DNA of 64,000 nucleotides from Balanoglossus misakiensis (GCA_040954595.2 CM082584.2:6204110-6268109); one strand, 5' to 3'. Counted from the first letter of the stretch, positions 25,595 through 38,253 are shown. A program made the numbers and translations. The notes: generated from the sequence alone by a model not told the origin.

Positions 25595-27646
25595 TTAGAT
25601 AGTTATGAACAGTAAAGTAAGCAATGAGAACGCATTCAACAATAGACTTGAAGCCATCAGGCTGTTGGCATTTCCCGTTGCCGTTTCGTCGCAGAAGAAA
25701 TTGGCATCCATAGCTGCTTCCAAATTCCGATCGAATTCTGCGTCAGTAAATCCAGTGGGGCACAGTTCCCGCGTGGTATCAGACTGGCATTTTGCTAGGT
25801 CATTGAATTCCCTGTAAAATGGAACAATACATAGTACAGTAGGCCTACTCAATATAAACGAAATCTGTGTGGGATGGGGCGCTACTTTGATTACTGTTAG
25901 CCAAATTGACATCAAGTTTTACTGTAACATTTTCTCGAGTTTTGAGCCTGAGTATGCCTCGCCAAGGCGTCTTTTGTTACCATGACGTTTGGTAAATATC
26001 GAATCTTGGAAGGCCATACTGCTGATCACTTTTAATACTTCATAATACTTCATTATTTGGGTATTGGTTGAGAATAAATTTGTGGAGCCCTTGAGGGGCT
26101 AACATGTGAAAAGTTAAAAGAAATCCCTTTCGCATATCCGCACTCCCTACATGTAGTAGCCCGGGGAGACTAGGAGTAAAGATTCACGCTGTCCGTTCTG
26201 TTTGTGGTGGTTTGTCTTATATATAATATCCAAGGCCATTCGTACGCTCTACATAAAAGTCGGCCATTTGGGTACTGTACATATACATTGGTTTCGTACG
26301 GAACACTCATTCACGCGGTAATATCACTCACCCACACAGTTTAGAATCGAGTGGGTCGGCACGGAAGGTAGCCCAGGCGGATTCGGAACACCCGCTGATT
26401 TCAGCGTCGTAGTTATCGCTGCAGTCGGACACTTCCAGATCGGGCATATCGTTCAACGGTGGCAACGAGGTGGCGTTACCGTCACAGAAGATGGGCGGGA
26501 AGTCATCGATGATAGTGTCACCCAGTTCAACCGTGGTCGCCGAAATCAAATACTCAAAAGCAGCGGTTTGATTCTCGCTGCAAGTCTCCCCAGCCTCGAT
26601 TACACAGTCACCCGCCGCTGTCAATTCCTCCCTATAGTGAGATAGGAGACAACAGTACTTAAAAAGGGACAAAGTCTCTCTCTCTCTCGCAATTATGTTT
26701 AATACAAGACACCGTTTATGTTAATGTTCATTGTGTGTAATTATGTAGTGAATCAATGTTTAACCACACTAAACTTTCATCAATTTCATCTTATGCTGTC
26801 TCCTCACACTAATGAATACAGTACCACCAGTAAAATACGTCGCCGTACCCTACATGTGATTTTAATCAGATTGGTGTATTGCCACAACAAGTAAACACCC
26901 CTCCAGTAACCCCCCAGTTCTATCCCACAACACACCGCGTTTCCAAGATGGCGGTTAGGACAGACCCCGCCTATAAAACGTGTCCCTTCAAGACCATTAC
27001 CTGCAGTTCTCTTGGCTCAGCCTTAAAGCTCGAATCGCGATTCTCATGCAATCGCCGTATTGTTTAAGTGTCCAATAGGGAATCTCTTCGACTGAGGTTG
27101 GGCATACCTGACCCCTGCAAAGGTCCAGAGCAGCCACTGATGCAAAAAAAATGATTTACCATAATTGATAATGCGACATGATTATACTTATAACTGTTTG
27201 AATCAAGAACTTCAACCATGTCAGACTACTGTACACTTGGTTGAGTAGAAGGAGGAAACTGCAATTCTGAAGTAGCGGGAATCACCGACCACAATTATGC
27301 ATTCACATCTGAACTTAGGATGCGTGTGTTTTCATGTCAACATGCATATACAATGTACTTGTAAACCTAGCTGGACGAATTACATCTCTGTGCATGATAT
27401 TTGCATATCAACTTTTAGAATTTTTTTAACATTTATGAAGCTATAACAAGACGTTTAAGAGAGATTTAGAGCATACAATTGTTCTCCAGCTATAACGGAG
27501 ACAATTGTTCTTTTGATGTAATTACATTGCTTTGCCAAAATCAAAGACCGATGACCAAGGTGCTTTAATTGTTCAGTTCAATTCTTTATAATTGCAAAGC
27601 TATACAGACCTGCTAAGATGGCGATGCTGATCAGTTTTAAAGTCAT
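25595..27646 (-). CDS. Predicted GPI-anchored protein 1 with two 6-Cys domains (229 aa)
   Basis: Exons 27646-27610, 27136-27001, 26631-26332, 25811-25595 (phases 1,2,2). Signal peptide MTLKLISIAILAVAALDLCRG; ends TGNANS + hydrophobic tail with no cytoplasmic part. Paralog at 57.5-59.5 kb. Confidence 0.87.
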
Positions 27647-28088
27647 TGTTTATTTATGACGACTTGGTAAATCCGCAAGACGATTGCCTGGTATCTTCGT
27701 AGAACATGTGACATAAGTGTGTCCTGGAAATATACACATAGACGTAGACATATGTAGAAACGAAAAAGACATGAGGAGAAAGTCGAAAAACACAGTCAAA
27801 TCACTCAGATCTGATATACTAGAGCTTGCGCCCAATTGTTCGGTAGGGTTTTCATCGCACAATCGCTAACCATGCAATAAGAACCACTCATTGCAAAATT
27901 GTACATTGTGAACGGAGTAACTTTTCACTCTGCCCTGCAGCTGCAGTGCGGTGCCTTTATGTCTGTAAAATGTCTTGAAACCGATAAAAGCTGTCATTCG
28001 AACTAAATGTATGATCATAAATGGTCTGTTTTAAGTCATAAGAATGTGTATATACATGATTCATGGGCCATTGGTTGCTGTTTACGGG

Positions 28089-28279
28089 TTAAAGGTATAC
28101 GGCCACCTGTGCAAATTTAGCTATAGTTACCATGGTAAATTGAGATCTAACCAATCACAGATTTTCAGTGGGTGGCACACGCGAAAAAGAGCGCTACCAT
28201 ACGCTCTTTAGGACACTCAAATACGCCATTTCAGCTATATATGGCGATATGTAAATTGAAGGTGACCGTATACATTTAA
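28089..28279. mobile_element. TTAA-flanked Kolobok-like MITE family 2
   Basis: ttaaaggtatacggccacc...ggtgaccgtatacatttaa; inverted relative to the 30202 copy. Confidence 0.85.
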
Positions 28280-29468
28280 ATTGGACCAAGACTACTAGGT
28301 CCAGTGTACAAGTGACACCAGGCCACATCAGGGTTATACGTGCCGGTGAGAACTTGTGACGTGGAACGGAGGCAGTGACTAGCAATAAAACACGTTCGCC
28401 GAGCAGAAAAGCAGGTGTAAAAGGGCCTTATAACCTCTTCACGGTTTAGCAGTTGAAAACCTGTTGTATGGTCCGGTTTAGCTCCGGGGGACTCTTCTTT
28501 CTTAACGGCAGTTTCCTTTCTTTGAAGTTATACATCTACCGACTTTTAAGACGCGCACCAGAGTGACCGAAAAACAGCCACCTGGACTTAGAAAAAGAAC
28601 CAACATTTGCAGCTCTGGTCCCCCTTTCCCTCACAAAAGGATTCTGAAGGCTACACCACTATGTACTTGTAGAAATGCCACAGTTTATACATGTTTAAAT
28701 GAGTTCGATTTAACTGTATAATTGTACTATCTATACAAATTTCACTTCATGGTCACTGTTGATGCATGACGAGACACTGTCCTACTTCATTCGCAGTAAA
28801 AAAAATCTAACCATTATGTAAATTTGGGATATAAGACGCCTTATTATATTATTTAACACCCCATGAGGATTGTAATCGTATTGTGATTTGTATACACAGC
28901 ATCTATAAAATACACTTATACGTATGAATAAAAGCAATATTAAGGGAGAACAATGATTCGAAAAATCTTTTATCAAATACGGTGTTTTTACTGTATTTTA
29001 AAGATTAACACATGAGGAAACGACAGTGTCTTAAGATCACTTATAATGTAATATTGGGTGTTACCCGAAAGATGTATCCCCGTGTAAGTTTTTAAAGAAG
29101 TGATTTTACCTACGTTTTAAGCGATTTGTTCGAGACTAGTCATGAAGCGTAAACTTTAAAACGTCGGGATCGAATGTGGAAAAAAAATTTCAGTGGATAT
29201 ACGTTTAAACACGGTGGTATACTGACCTGTCAGAGAGCGATCTCTGTATAGGAATACTATTTAAAGGCAAAGTTTTGATGGAAATAGACGGCTATACTCA
29301 CCTGCCAAGTCCGTCGTGTTGTTTTGCCAATTGCCTATTTGAAAGTGTGTTGCCGCTTGCCTCGAAACTTGTTTTTCTTTATCACCGCAGGAGAATAAAA
29401 CGCATGCGCAAACTGTTTTATTCTAATTATTGCATGGTTTGCTTAACATATTCGACTCAAGACAATAG

Positions 29469-30683
29469 TTAACCAATGCCACTGGTTGACCTTTCACCCC
29501 TGAAAGTGTCTTCGTCATGTCCTTGATTTTCAATGGAAATCTGTATCGTAGGAGCATTTTCAAACATTGCCTACTGTGTCGATTTAAAAAAAAAAATTCT
29601 AGACGGCAACAAACCTCGACTTCACCACCCAAAGAGTGATTTTACGTGTTGTGGGTATGGGCATAGCACAGACACTTTAAACCGTGTTTTAAACTGAAAA
29701 TAGATCAAAACGCTAGTTTCACACTTTTTTTCATAGAAAAGCATTCTGCCATTGTGCACTTACACCATCAGGCTCGCAACACATTCGTTTCAGCTGTGTA
29801 CGAACAGTTTTGTTGACATCAACAGACGCCTTGTTAAAGCACACTGTGATCTTGAAATTACACAATCGAACACCTCCCCATAACATTAACTGAAAGGCCC
29901 TCTTTGTTGTCATCTCATCTGGGCATATTTTCATGGGTTGTCCACTCTGACCCTTTTGTGAACTTCTGCCCGACTGTGACGATAAGACTTGGAAGCCAAT
30001 TGACGCGTGTCGTAAACAAGTTTTTTCGCGTAGAGGTAAAGGAGAAAAAGCTCGAGGGAAAACGGGCGTCGAGGTTCATAATTTTTTTTTACAGCTTACA
30101 ACTCGCCCAAACAATGTGGACTAAAGAGTGGACACGTTGCAAACAAGGACGTGGGACTTAAACCATGCGGTCGTGAATAAAGCACGCGGGACTACGCGAT
30201 GTTAAAGGTATACAGTCACCTCCAATTTACATATCGCCATATATAGTTGAAATGGCGTATTTGAGTGTTCTAAAGAACGCTTTATTTTCGCGTGTGCCAC
30301 CCACTGAAAATCTGTGATTGGTTAGATCTCGATTTACCATGGTAACTGTGGCTAAATTTGTATAGGTGACCGTATACCTTTAACATACATACATACATAC
30401 TTACATACATACATAGAAAACTTAAAGTTGAAAACAAAGTATAGTATACATACGTTTAAATTTCAATTAAAGGATCTTATAAATGTATCAACAATGAAAA
30501 TGAAAATTAATGATTTTTTCTGTGATCACTTACTCATACAAATTTTGCAGGTGAAATTTGGAAACTTGGCTGCTTGTACTTCAAGGAGACTAAAGAAGAT
30601 CAAACACTCACCGCATCCCTTGCCCCGACGACAACGCTTGCCATGGTGATGCAAGCCAGCAACATGATAATTGCAACCTTCAT
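29469..30683 (-). CDS. Secreted protein C: signal exon paralogous to A/B, divergent mature region (downstream exons tentative)
   Basis: Firm exon 30683-30612 (MKVAIIMLLACITMASVVVGARDA|gtgagt). Tentative phase-0 exons 30120-30100 (STLFGRV), 29973-29764 (SGRSSQ...KICPDEM...RMCCEPDG), and 29540 or 29570 to stop at 29469. Confidence 0.55.
30202..30383. mobile_element. Kolobok-like MITE family 2
   Basis: ttaaaggtatacagtcacc...ggtgaccgtatacctttaa. Confidence 0.88.
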
Positions 30684-30929
30684 GGCCTGTTAAACATTTA
30701 AGGAGAGAGATATTGTCAATATTCAACGCCGACCGACCTGCCTCTTGCTTGGCTGATTAACCATCCACCTTTGCGGCACTGAAAGTCTGATATACCTGAA
30801 TATACTGAACATCTGAAGTATAGCACATTGGGAGAGTTTGAAACATAACGGACACGAGCATGGAATATTCACAGGGGATCTTGTCCTCTCAGCAATTTGT
30901 GAAAATTGGAGTATCGAAAATGTTAAGCA

Positions 30930-31032
30930 TACTCACTGGATCTTTGGAAATACCGTTCTGATGATCACAGTCTTCAATCTGGAAAGCCTTTAGATAATGC
31001 CAGAGCTTGACAAAGTTAACCTGCTTTATACA
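30930..31032 (-). promoter_or_regulatory. TATA box and non-coding first exon of gene C
   Basis: tgtataaag (~31032-31024), then an exon ending at a gtgagt donor; homologous to the A and B blocks. Confidence 0.6.
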
Positions 31033-31624
31033 ATACATGTGTCTATTTCAAGAACAGAAGTAACCCATTTACTTAATGATTGATGTGGGAGAAATACAAA
31101 AGTTTAAAATTTAAATTCCCCAGAAGTCGAATACGATTTCAGGTGTCGGTTGCTCACCAGAATGTTTCGTCAATTGATTGATTAATATCATACGAATTCG
31201 GGCGTAAGTATAGTACTACCATATTGAAACTATTTTTGTTAACCATGCAAACCGTTTTGGGTCAACGAGTCACTCGATTGTGCTTCACTTCTTTGATAAT
31301 AATTGGGATAACTTTTAATATAATATTTGAAACACTGCATGGTCATTGTAAAAATATTGTGTCGATGACAAAATGAATTGCTTTCCCTGTCATCTGAAAA
31401 TAATAATCTTAGACAAGTTGTAATTATTCTATACACACTTACCGTGGTCAAAATATTGTGTGGCAATATTAAAGGCTGGGGATTAACTTTTTCCTTTTAT
31501 CTGAGAACTGTAATCTTAGAAAAAAAATATATACAGGCACTTACCAATGTGAAAATATTGGGGCAGCTGATGTGTTTTTAAAATGACACAACCAATGTAT
31601 GTACACCACCCACCGCTGCTCATG

Positions 31625-31940
31625 AGTTTAACCAGGTTACTTTTTTATTTTTAAATTGAATATACGAGACGCCGGCAATTACTAGTAATGGTGTTTTCTG
31701 TTTAGCCATGCAATGTCAATTTATTGCAGACAGACCTGTTTATCAGTTAAAACAGGTTACTTTTTTATTTTAAAATTGAATAGACGAGACTCTACCAGTT
31801 TATAGTGTTTCGCTGTTTCCATTTTTATTCCAGCATACAAACACTATCCTCAAAGTGTCAATTTATTGCAGACACACATATTTATAAAGTTAAATATATG
31901 CAGGTCACATTATTTATTGTTTAATTGAATACACGAGTCA
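31625..31940. repeat. Three degenerate ~120-150-bp direct repeats between gene C and the CYP
   Basis: caggttacttttttattt...aattgaat..acgagac at ~31634, ~31752 and ~31902. Confidence 0.7.
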
Positions 31941-32521
31941 CCTAGTTTTTTTTCTTTTCTTTAAATTTATGCGTTTGCGTTTTTGGTAGTGTAATGTGCG
32001 CATGTGTGATAGACTGCGGGTTTTATGGTATAGACGTCAAACATATAATCAGGTTGAGATGTGGCCAAGTGGTTCTGTAAGTCTATTGTAACTGAGAGGT
32101 TGATGTCGTAAAATGACATGCATCTATCGAACAAAACACTGAAAAGTGTTCCACATGCCCCGGTGTCCAATTTGCCCCACTCTACCTTATAGATAAACAT
32201 AAACCTATAAGTTATACTGGTGACGTCATGCATCAACCCGATGGAATCAGGTCGCTCCCGCCTGTTTACCTTGGCCACTGTGCCTTGACCTCAGTCGACC
32301 ACCATTGTCCAACTCTATAAGGGTTATCTGGCTGTATTGTAATATGACCTTTTCAATGCAGACAAAGCGTTGAAGCATGACAGGTAAGCCAATACACGCA
32401 GTGGGACCACTAGCAAGGTACACTTTGATTTAACTAGGCCAATCTAGACGGTCCATCGCGCAGAGAACATCTGTAGTTTACGACATCTTGCCTTAAAACA
32501 ACGGATACGACGGTAGGCAGC

Positions 32522-34021
32522 ATGTTGACGTATTGGTTAATAGTGCTCTTGGCCATTCTTACATTCCTGGTAATGAAAGCATGGGATCGGAGCAGCACGG
32601 CACTTGACGGGCTGCCCGGACCTCGAGGGTGGCCGCTTGTTGGTTCTCTCTTCTCTCTCGGTGAACTACCCCACGAAACCTTCAGGAAAATGGCCAAGCG
32701 GTACGGCAACGTCTTCGGTGTACGTCTTGGGAGTCAGAATGTAGTCGTGCTCCACGGAATGAAGGCCGTGCGCGACGCCCTACTGAAGCAGGCCGTAGCG
32801 TTTGCCGGGAGACCCAAATTCTACAGTATGGAGAACATGCACGCTGATGCGACCGACATAATCTTCAGTTCGTACAACAAGGAATGGGTGGAAACGAGAA
32901 AAATCGTCGAGTCTGCATTTAAAACATTTGTGGGCGACAGACAACAGGTCATGGAAGATAAAATTATCGGCGAAGGGAAAGAGTTGATCCGTGCTATAAC
33001 AAATGGCGGCACCGGTCATACGATGGACCCGCACGACGAAATCCATCTGTCGGTTGCCAATATCATAGTATTCATACTGTATAACGAGAACTACAGCCAT
33101 GACAATCGAGAAGTGAAGGAGATGGCAAGCGCCGTGATAAAGATCACGGAGTACCTCACAGGCAGCGGGAACATCGCTGATTTTCTGCCGGTTTTCAGGT
33201 ACCTGCCCAGCAGACGGCAACGCGAATTCGAACAGTTCAAGGCTCTCCTTGAGGAATTCGTTGACAAGAGAATTCGGGAACGCAAGCTGCGCCCACACAG
33301 TGGCACGTCGGACGATATTTTAGACTACATGTTGAGCATTCGTAAGACCGCTTTGTCGGAGGAGGAGACAGAGTGCCGCTACATTCAAACGGACAGAGAC
33401 ATCCGGGGTGTGTTATTCGATATTTGTGGCGCCGGCTTTGACACAGCTGGACGAAGTCTGTATATGTTCGTCCTGTACATGATAGTGTACCCACACGTGC
33501 AAGAAAGAGCCCGGCGAGAGCTCGACGGCGTCATCGGGAGAGATCGCTCACCAAGGCTGGCTGACCGACCAAACCTTCCCTACGTGGATGCCATCATACA
33601 CGAACTGCTGCGCCACAGTTCCCTGCTGCCTCTCAGTGTACCGCACGCCACGATACAAGACACGCAGATCTATAACTACGCCATTCCGAAGGACACCCCA
33701 GTCTTTCCGTGTCTCCACTCCGCAAACTACGACGAAACCGAGTGGGAAAACCCTGATGACTTCAACCCGGAGCGTTTTCTTTCCGAAGACGGCCACGCTC
33801 TGAAGAAAACCACGGCAGCAAAGTTGATGTCCTTCTCTGCTGGGAAGAGACGCTGTCCGGGCGAACAGCTGGGTCACATGCAACTCTTCCTGTTCATCAC
33901 GCTGCTGTTACAGCAGTGCACCTTCGAGAAGGGCCCAGGTGAGAATCCCAAGGTGAAGATGACCCACGGACTTACTTTGTGTCCTGAGAGATTCAGAGTG
34001 CTGACCAAGGTACGGCAGTAG
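32522..34021 (+). CDS. Cytochrome P450, clan 2, CYP1-like; intronless CDS (499 aa)
   Basis: Membrane anchor, PGPRGWPLVG, FAGRP, WVETR, I-helix GAGFDT (as in CYP1A), ELLR, PERF, heme motif FSAGKRRCPG. Confidence 0.96.
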   Translation: MLTYWLIVLLAILTFLVMKAWDRSSTALDGLPGPRGWPLVGSLFSLGELPHETFRKMAKRYGNVFGVRLGSQNVVVLHGMKAVRDALLKQAVAFAGRPKFYSMENMHADATDIIFSSYNKEWVETRKIVESAFKTFVGDRQQVMEDKIIGEGKELIRAITNGGTGHTMDPHDEIHLSVANIIVFILYNENYSHDNREVKEMASAVIKITEYLTGSGNIADFLPVFRYLPSRRQREFEQFKALLEEFVDKRIRERKLRPHSGTSDDILDYMLSIRKTALSEEETECRYIQTDRDIRGVLFDICGAGFDTAGRSLYMFVLYMIVYPHVQERARRELDGVIGRDRSPRLADRPNLPYVDAIIHELLRHSSLLPLSVPHATIQDTQIYNYAIPKDTPVFPCLHSANYDETEWENPDDFNPERFLSEDGHALKKTTAAKLMSFSAGKRRCPGEQLGHMQLFLFITLLLQQCTFEKGPGENPKVKMTHGLTLCPERFRVLTKVRQ

Positions 34022-35349
34022 GCCCTATGCACAAAGTGTATCAACCGCATGACTGAACATTCATTTGTTAGAGAATCGATAACGATTGTGTAAGGTCCCA
34101 GGCTGAGATTCTGTCGCCACGATATTTTGTATTTCCGCGGAAACACCGACGCGACCGCACTGGCTTGACCTCGGCGACGCCGCAAATGTAACAGTTTCTT
34201 AGGCTTGTTTTTAAAATCATGTTGCATTATTGGTTTTGAATTGGGATACACGTCACTGGAACTTTTACATGAAGTACGCCATTTTCCCAATAAAAATGCA
34301 ACTGGCGGCATGACATTGGAAAATTTTATGAATGAAGAGCAATTACATTATTTGCGTATCTCCTGGGAGACAATAGATCCAGTTTCTCGTACAGTTACTC
34401 GCCTACGTCTCGAAGTTGCACGGCTCCCCGAAAAACACTCGTTAGACAAAGAAAGATAAACTGTTATTATATTAATATACACTTTTAGTGTACAGAGAGG
34501 TAAAGGTGGCGCACCTTCCACCTTTATAGGTTGGGTAAATAATAAACTGTATTAGTAATGAAATATTATTTGAAAAAATATTAAACATGCCATCTGATCC
34601 CTGTAATAGAACTAAATTGGTTGCCATTTTTTCCCACTCTGACTACATTTACGTCATTAAATATGCTAATACCTAACTCTAGACTAACCAATAAGAGTAC
34701 AGATAAGTCGCTTCTCGACATTGACGAGTATTGAACACATTTTTTGTACAACAACTGAGTGACCTAGTGGAGCCTCTTGTCAAGATTTAATGTGGTTTTA
34801 CGCAGTTGAGTGTGTTTACTCGTTTACAAAGTCACACGACTATAATCTTATGCCCTATATTGATCTATTAATTTTGGTCAAAGTTCAAAGTAACTGCACG
34901 TGTGTAATTGTTTACAGCGCAGCCTTTTAATTCTTTGTTCTAACTTTGTGTGTGTCAAATTGATGCACGCAAGGAGATCAGATAGATTCATATGTCCCGG
35001 TCTACGTCACGCAGGTAGCAATCCGAGCCTGCTCTCTATGTGTGATAATTAGAATGGAAAGTAATTGCCACTCTCAAGATACATTGTAGACGGTTATAAA
35101 CAGCATGTGCCCAATTAATTGTAGCCTTTATTCACCCAAAAGTACACGTATAACAGCGAATATTTCCTGGATTCAAATACGACACTACTCTGCACAGAAG
35201 GAAACGCAGTCACATTCTCTCCTCGTCGTATCTTCTTTGTCGCTATTGAATGATAAACACATAGAAAGAATTAAGTAAGATAAACACAATAGGGAACTTG
35301 TATAATAAATATATGTACGTTAATGCTTCTCTTTAATACAACAATTATC

Positions 35350-35595
35350 ATACATACATACAGACATACATACATACATACATTTTCATACATACATACA
35401 TACATACATACATACATACATACATACATACATACATACATACATACATACATACATACATACATACATACATACATACATACATACATACATACATACA
35501 TACATACATACATACATACATACATACATACATACATACATACATACATACATACATACATACATACATACATACATACATACATACATACATAC
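35350..35595. repeat. (TACA)n microsatellite
   Basis: Direct reading; source of the spurious MYVC/HTYI ORFs. Confidence 0.98.
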
Positions 35596-35608
35596 CTTAT
35601 TAAGTTGA

Positions 35609-36696
35609 TTAATAAAATTCAAAACAATTACGAGAGATACCTCCCTCCGCTAATTCTACATAGATAGCAGTTGTACATGGCAAATCGAGAAGACACTGCT
35701 TTATTGCCTAGGAAATAACAAAGGCAAAATTCTATAGTTGTCAAAATGATCACACAATAGTAAACTTCAGCATTAGGGAACACAACAAGAAAACAAATGA
35801 TCTGAATCATTTCTCAATTTAAATCATGTCTAAGTATTAGTTATTCTCATATGAACAACGGTTATTACGACTTGTCAGTTCTTCGAGACTCCAGAATGTT
35901 CAAAATACCAAGAAAAATATTCCAACATCTACATCTTTCAACCGAATTGATTGTTTGTTGGCAACTTGAATAAATAGATGAAGTCATAACGCATTTTTGT
36001 TGACACTGATTACTAACTCACCAGATATCTTGGGCATAGGTCTTCGACATCACGGGTTTCATATCGACAGTCACGGTAGTAATCACTCCCTTCATTGAAA
36101 GTACACTATGCCAAAAAAACACATTAAAAGGCAAGCTGAAAGCACAGGCATTCATTCAGGGATATGATAGAAAACTGAAAAAGTTTGTCGGTCAACGTTT
36201 TTTCTTCTTCTGCCTTTCTCTTAATAATGGTACGATTCTACGATACAATCAGGCTGCCCTGCTCGCCAGCTTTTGGTGAACTTCTCCTACCGCCTACTAG
36301 ACCTCCTACCTCGCCGTATATGACAAGGGGGGGGGGACGCCGGGTCCTCTAACGGAAAACTCCGGTGATGGCATACGTCCGATGATATTCACAGACTGCC
36401 TTATAGCAAACAGATACACAGTCGACGCTGTGTGATCTCCCGCCCCAAACGTACAGAAGTAAAATAGGCCTAACCAAGTTATGAAACGTGCGATTAAACT
36501 AATATTAAACCTTCTGAATACAAACTCGTACAAATAGCAATAGCGTGGATATGATATAAGGAGAGCCTGCTTTATGTTTTTCACAGAATATTCCATGTCC
36601 TTTCCGAGCCTAAACTAGATTAACACTCACCTCACGTGCTCCAACAATGCTTGCCATGGAGACGCAAGCCAAGAACAATACAGTTGCAATCTTCAT
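35609..36696 (-). CDS. Secreted 6-Cys miniprotein B (82 aa)
   Basis: Exons 36696-36631 (MKIATVLFLACVSMASIVGARE), 36105-36022 (CTFNEGSDYYRDCRYETRDVEDLCPRYL), 35707-35609 (AIKQCLLDLPCTTAIYVELAEGGISRNCFEFY*). Phase-0 GT-AG; 3' UTR and AATAAA (35132-35127) homologous to gene A. Confidence 0.85.
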
Positions 36697-36867
36697 AGCC
36701 TGTAAACCATCAAAAGGAAAGTAACATTGTCAATATTGATGATGATAGGTATATTGCTCAATTCAATGCCGTTTTGCAATTCGTACGACCTCGGGCATCA
36801 AAACCCGTATCAGGGCCGTGAAGATTACAGAGCTTGAAAGTTACAACAAAATCGAAAAGGTGTTAGC

Positions 36868-36962
36868 ATACTCACTGGTCCTTCAAAAACAATCTTCTAA
36901 TCTCTCGCTTGAATCATGCAGTTCGTATACCAGAGCTAGACTGCGTTTACACCCTTTATGTA
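36868..36962 (-). promoter_or_regulatory. TATA-like box and non-coding first exon of miniprotein B
   Basis: tacataaag (~36962-36954), then an exon ending at a gtgagt donor; homologous to A and C. Confidence 0.6.
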
Positions 36963-36974
36963 AAGTTTTGAGTT

Positions 36975-37680
36975 AAAAATTTAGAAATATAACAAAGCAT
37001 TTTAATTACTAAAACAATATGGCGAATTCAGCAGCGTTGTTGACGCAGCATTTATGTCATGTTGTCGCATGTCGTTAACATCCTTCATGTAATTATATTT
37101 AGTCCATTTAGATATTCGGCAAAACATATCGTTTAAATAACCCAGAAGTAAAACACAAATTTGAGTTATGTGCTAAGCGTTTATGTCATGTTGTCGCAAG
37201 TTTTTAATTAATATCCATCATGTTTAATTTAATTTTAGAAATACAACAAAACATTTCCTTTGAATTACCCAGAAGTATAATGCTTGGTTGCTTGCCATTA
37301 ATTGGCATGTTATCACGATTTTCGTTGAATGATCAATGATATTTATAATAATTCCGGTCCCAGTAGAGTTAAGTCTAATGTAAACAGGTTTTGGGCCAAC
37401 CCGTCGCTAGATTTTGGTGATATATTTAGTATAATTTTAAATGTATCTGAAAATTTTGTGTTTAAATTACTAGTACCCAGAAAATAAACACTATTGCAGT
37501 GACGTTGTTATTAAACATCATTCATGTAATGTTACTGTATTTAATCCATTTTAGAAATACAACAGATATTGTCGTTAAATTACCCAGAAAAAAGCACGAT
37601 TTCAGTGGTGTTGTTGGCTCAGCATTGTTGTCACAATTTCCGTCGTTGAGTGATCAATGATAATTATAAGGATTCGGGTC
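36975..37680. repeat. About five degenerate ~110-200-bp tandem units upstream of gene B
   Basis: ttttagaaatacaacaaaacat...aattacccagaa-like unit at ~36980, 37103, 37231, 37433 and 37545; two related units at 24400-24600. Confidence 0.75.
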
Positions 37681-38253
37681 TCAATTTTTAAATCACTGGC
37701 GCAAAATGTTTCGTCAGTTCGTTCTGGTTCTATTCGTTTGTGATGATTGAGAAAAATCCCTCTGATTCAAATGCTATATAACCTTGTCTATAGTAATGTA
37801 CATGATACGTAGAAGAACATCATATACATTCTGACAGGCGTAAAAAGCGACATTTACACAGTCGGCCTAAGTCTCGACCCGGAAAAGCATTCTTCGATAT
37901 CAAATGACGTCATTGTCATTTTGTGATCAGTCAGCTCCGTCAAAATCAACACATGTGAGAATAAAATAATACATATGCCGTGTCTAAATTTTATTTATAT
38001 ACATATTAATATATTTTCTTCAAATTTAGTACAAAGTGTAAATAGATACAATATTAGTAATTGAGTTGCTATGTACAAAACTGGTACGTGGACAAGTATG
38101 CATTTTCGTTTCCACGATATCTTGATCACGACGTGTCACTTAAACGCGGCAACGCAGTTCATGTGATCTAAAAATATACATAGTATGTCGCTTAAATACT
38201 TTTTCACTTGGGACGAGTCGTCTTTTGACACAAATCTGAGTGAGAAGCCTGTA

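Noticed and set aside
29731-29934. Insulin-like peptide reading of the gene C exon
   Set aside because: Lacks the B-chain CG..L motif and the A-chain CC-x3-C-x8-C spacing.
32780-33883. ORFs antisense to or overlapping the P450
   Set aside because: Shadow ORFs of a real CDS.
35271-35667. MYVC/HTYI-repeat ORFs (also 44301-44540 and 45419-45924)
   Set aside because: Translations of (TACA)n microsatellites.
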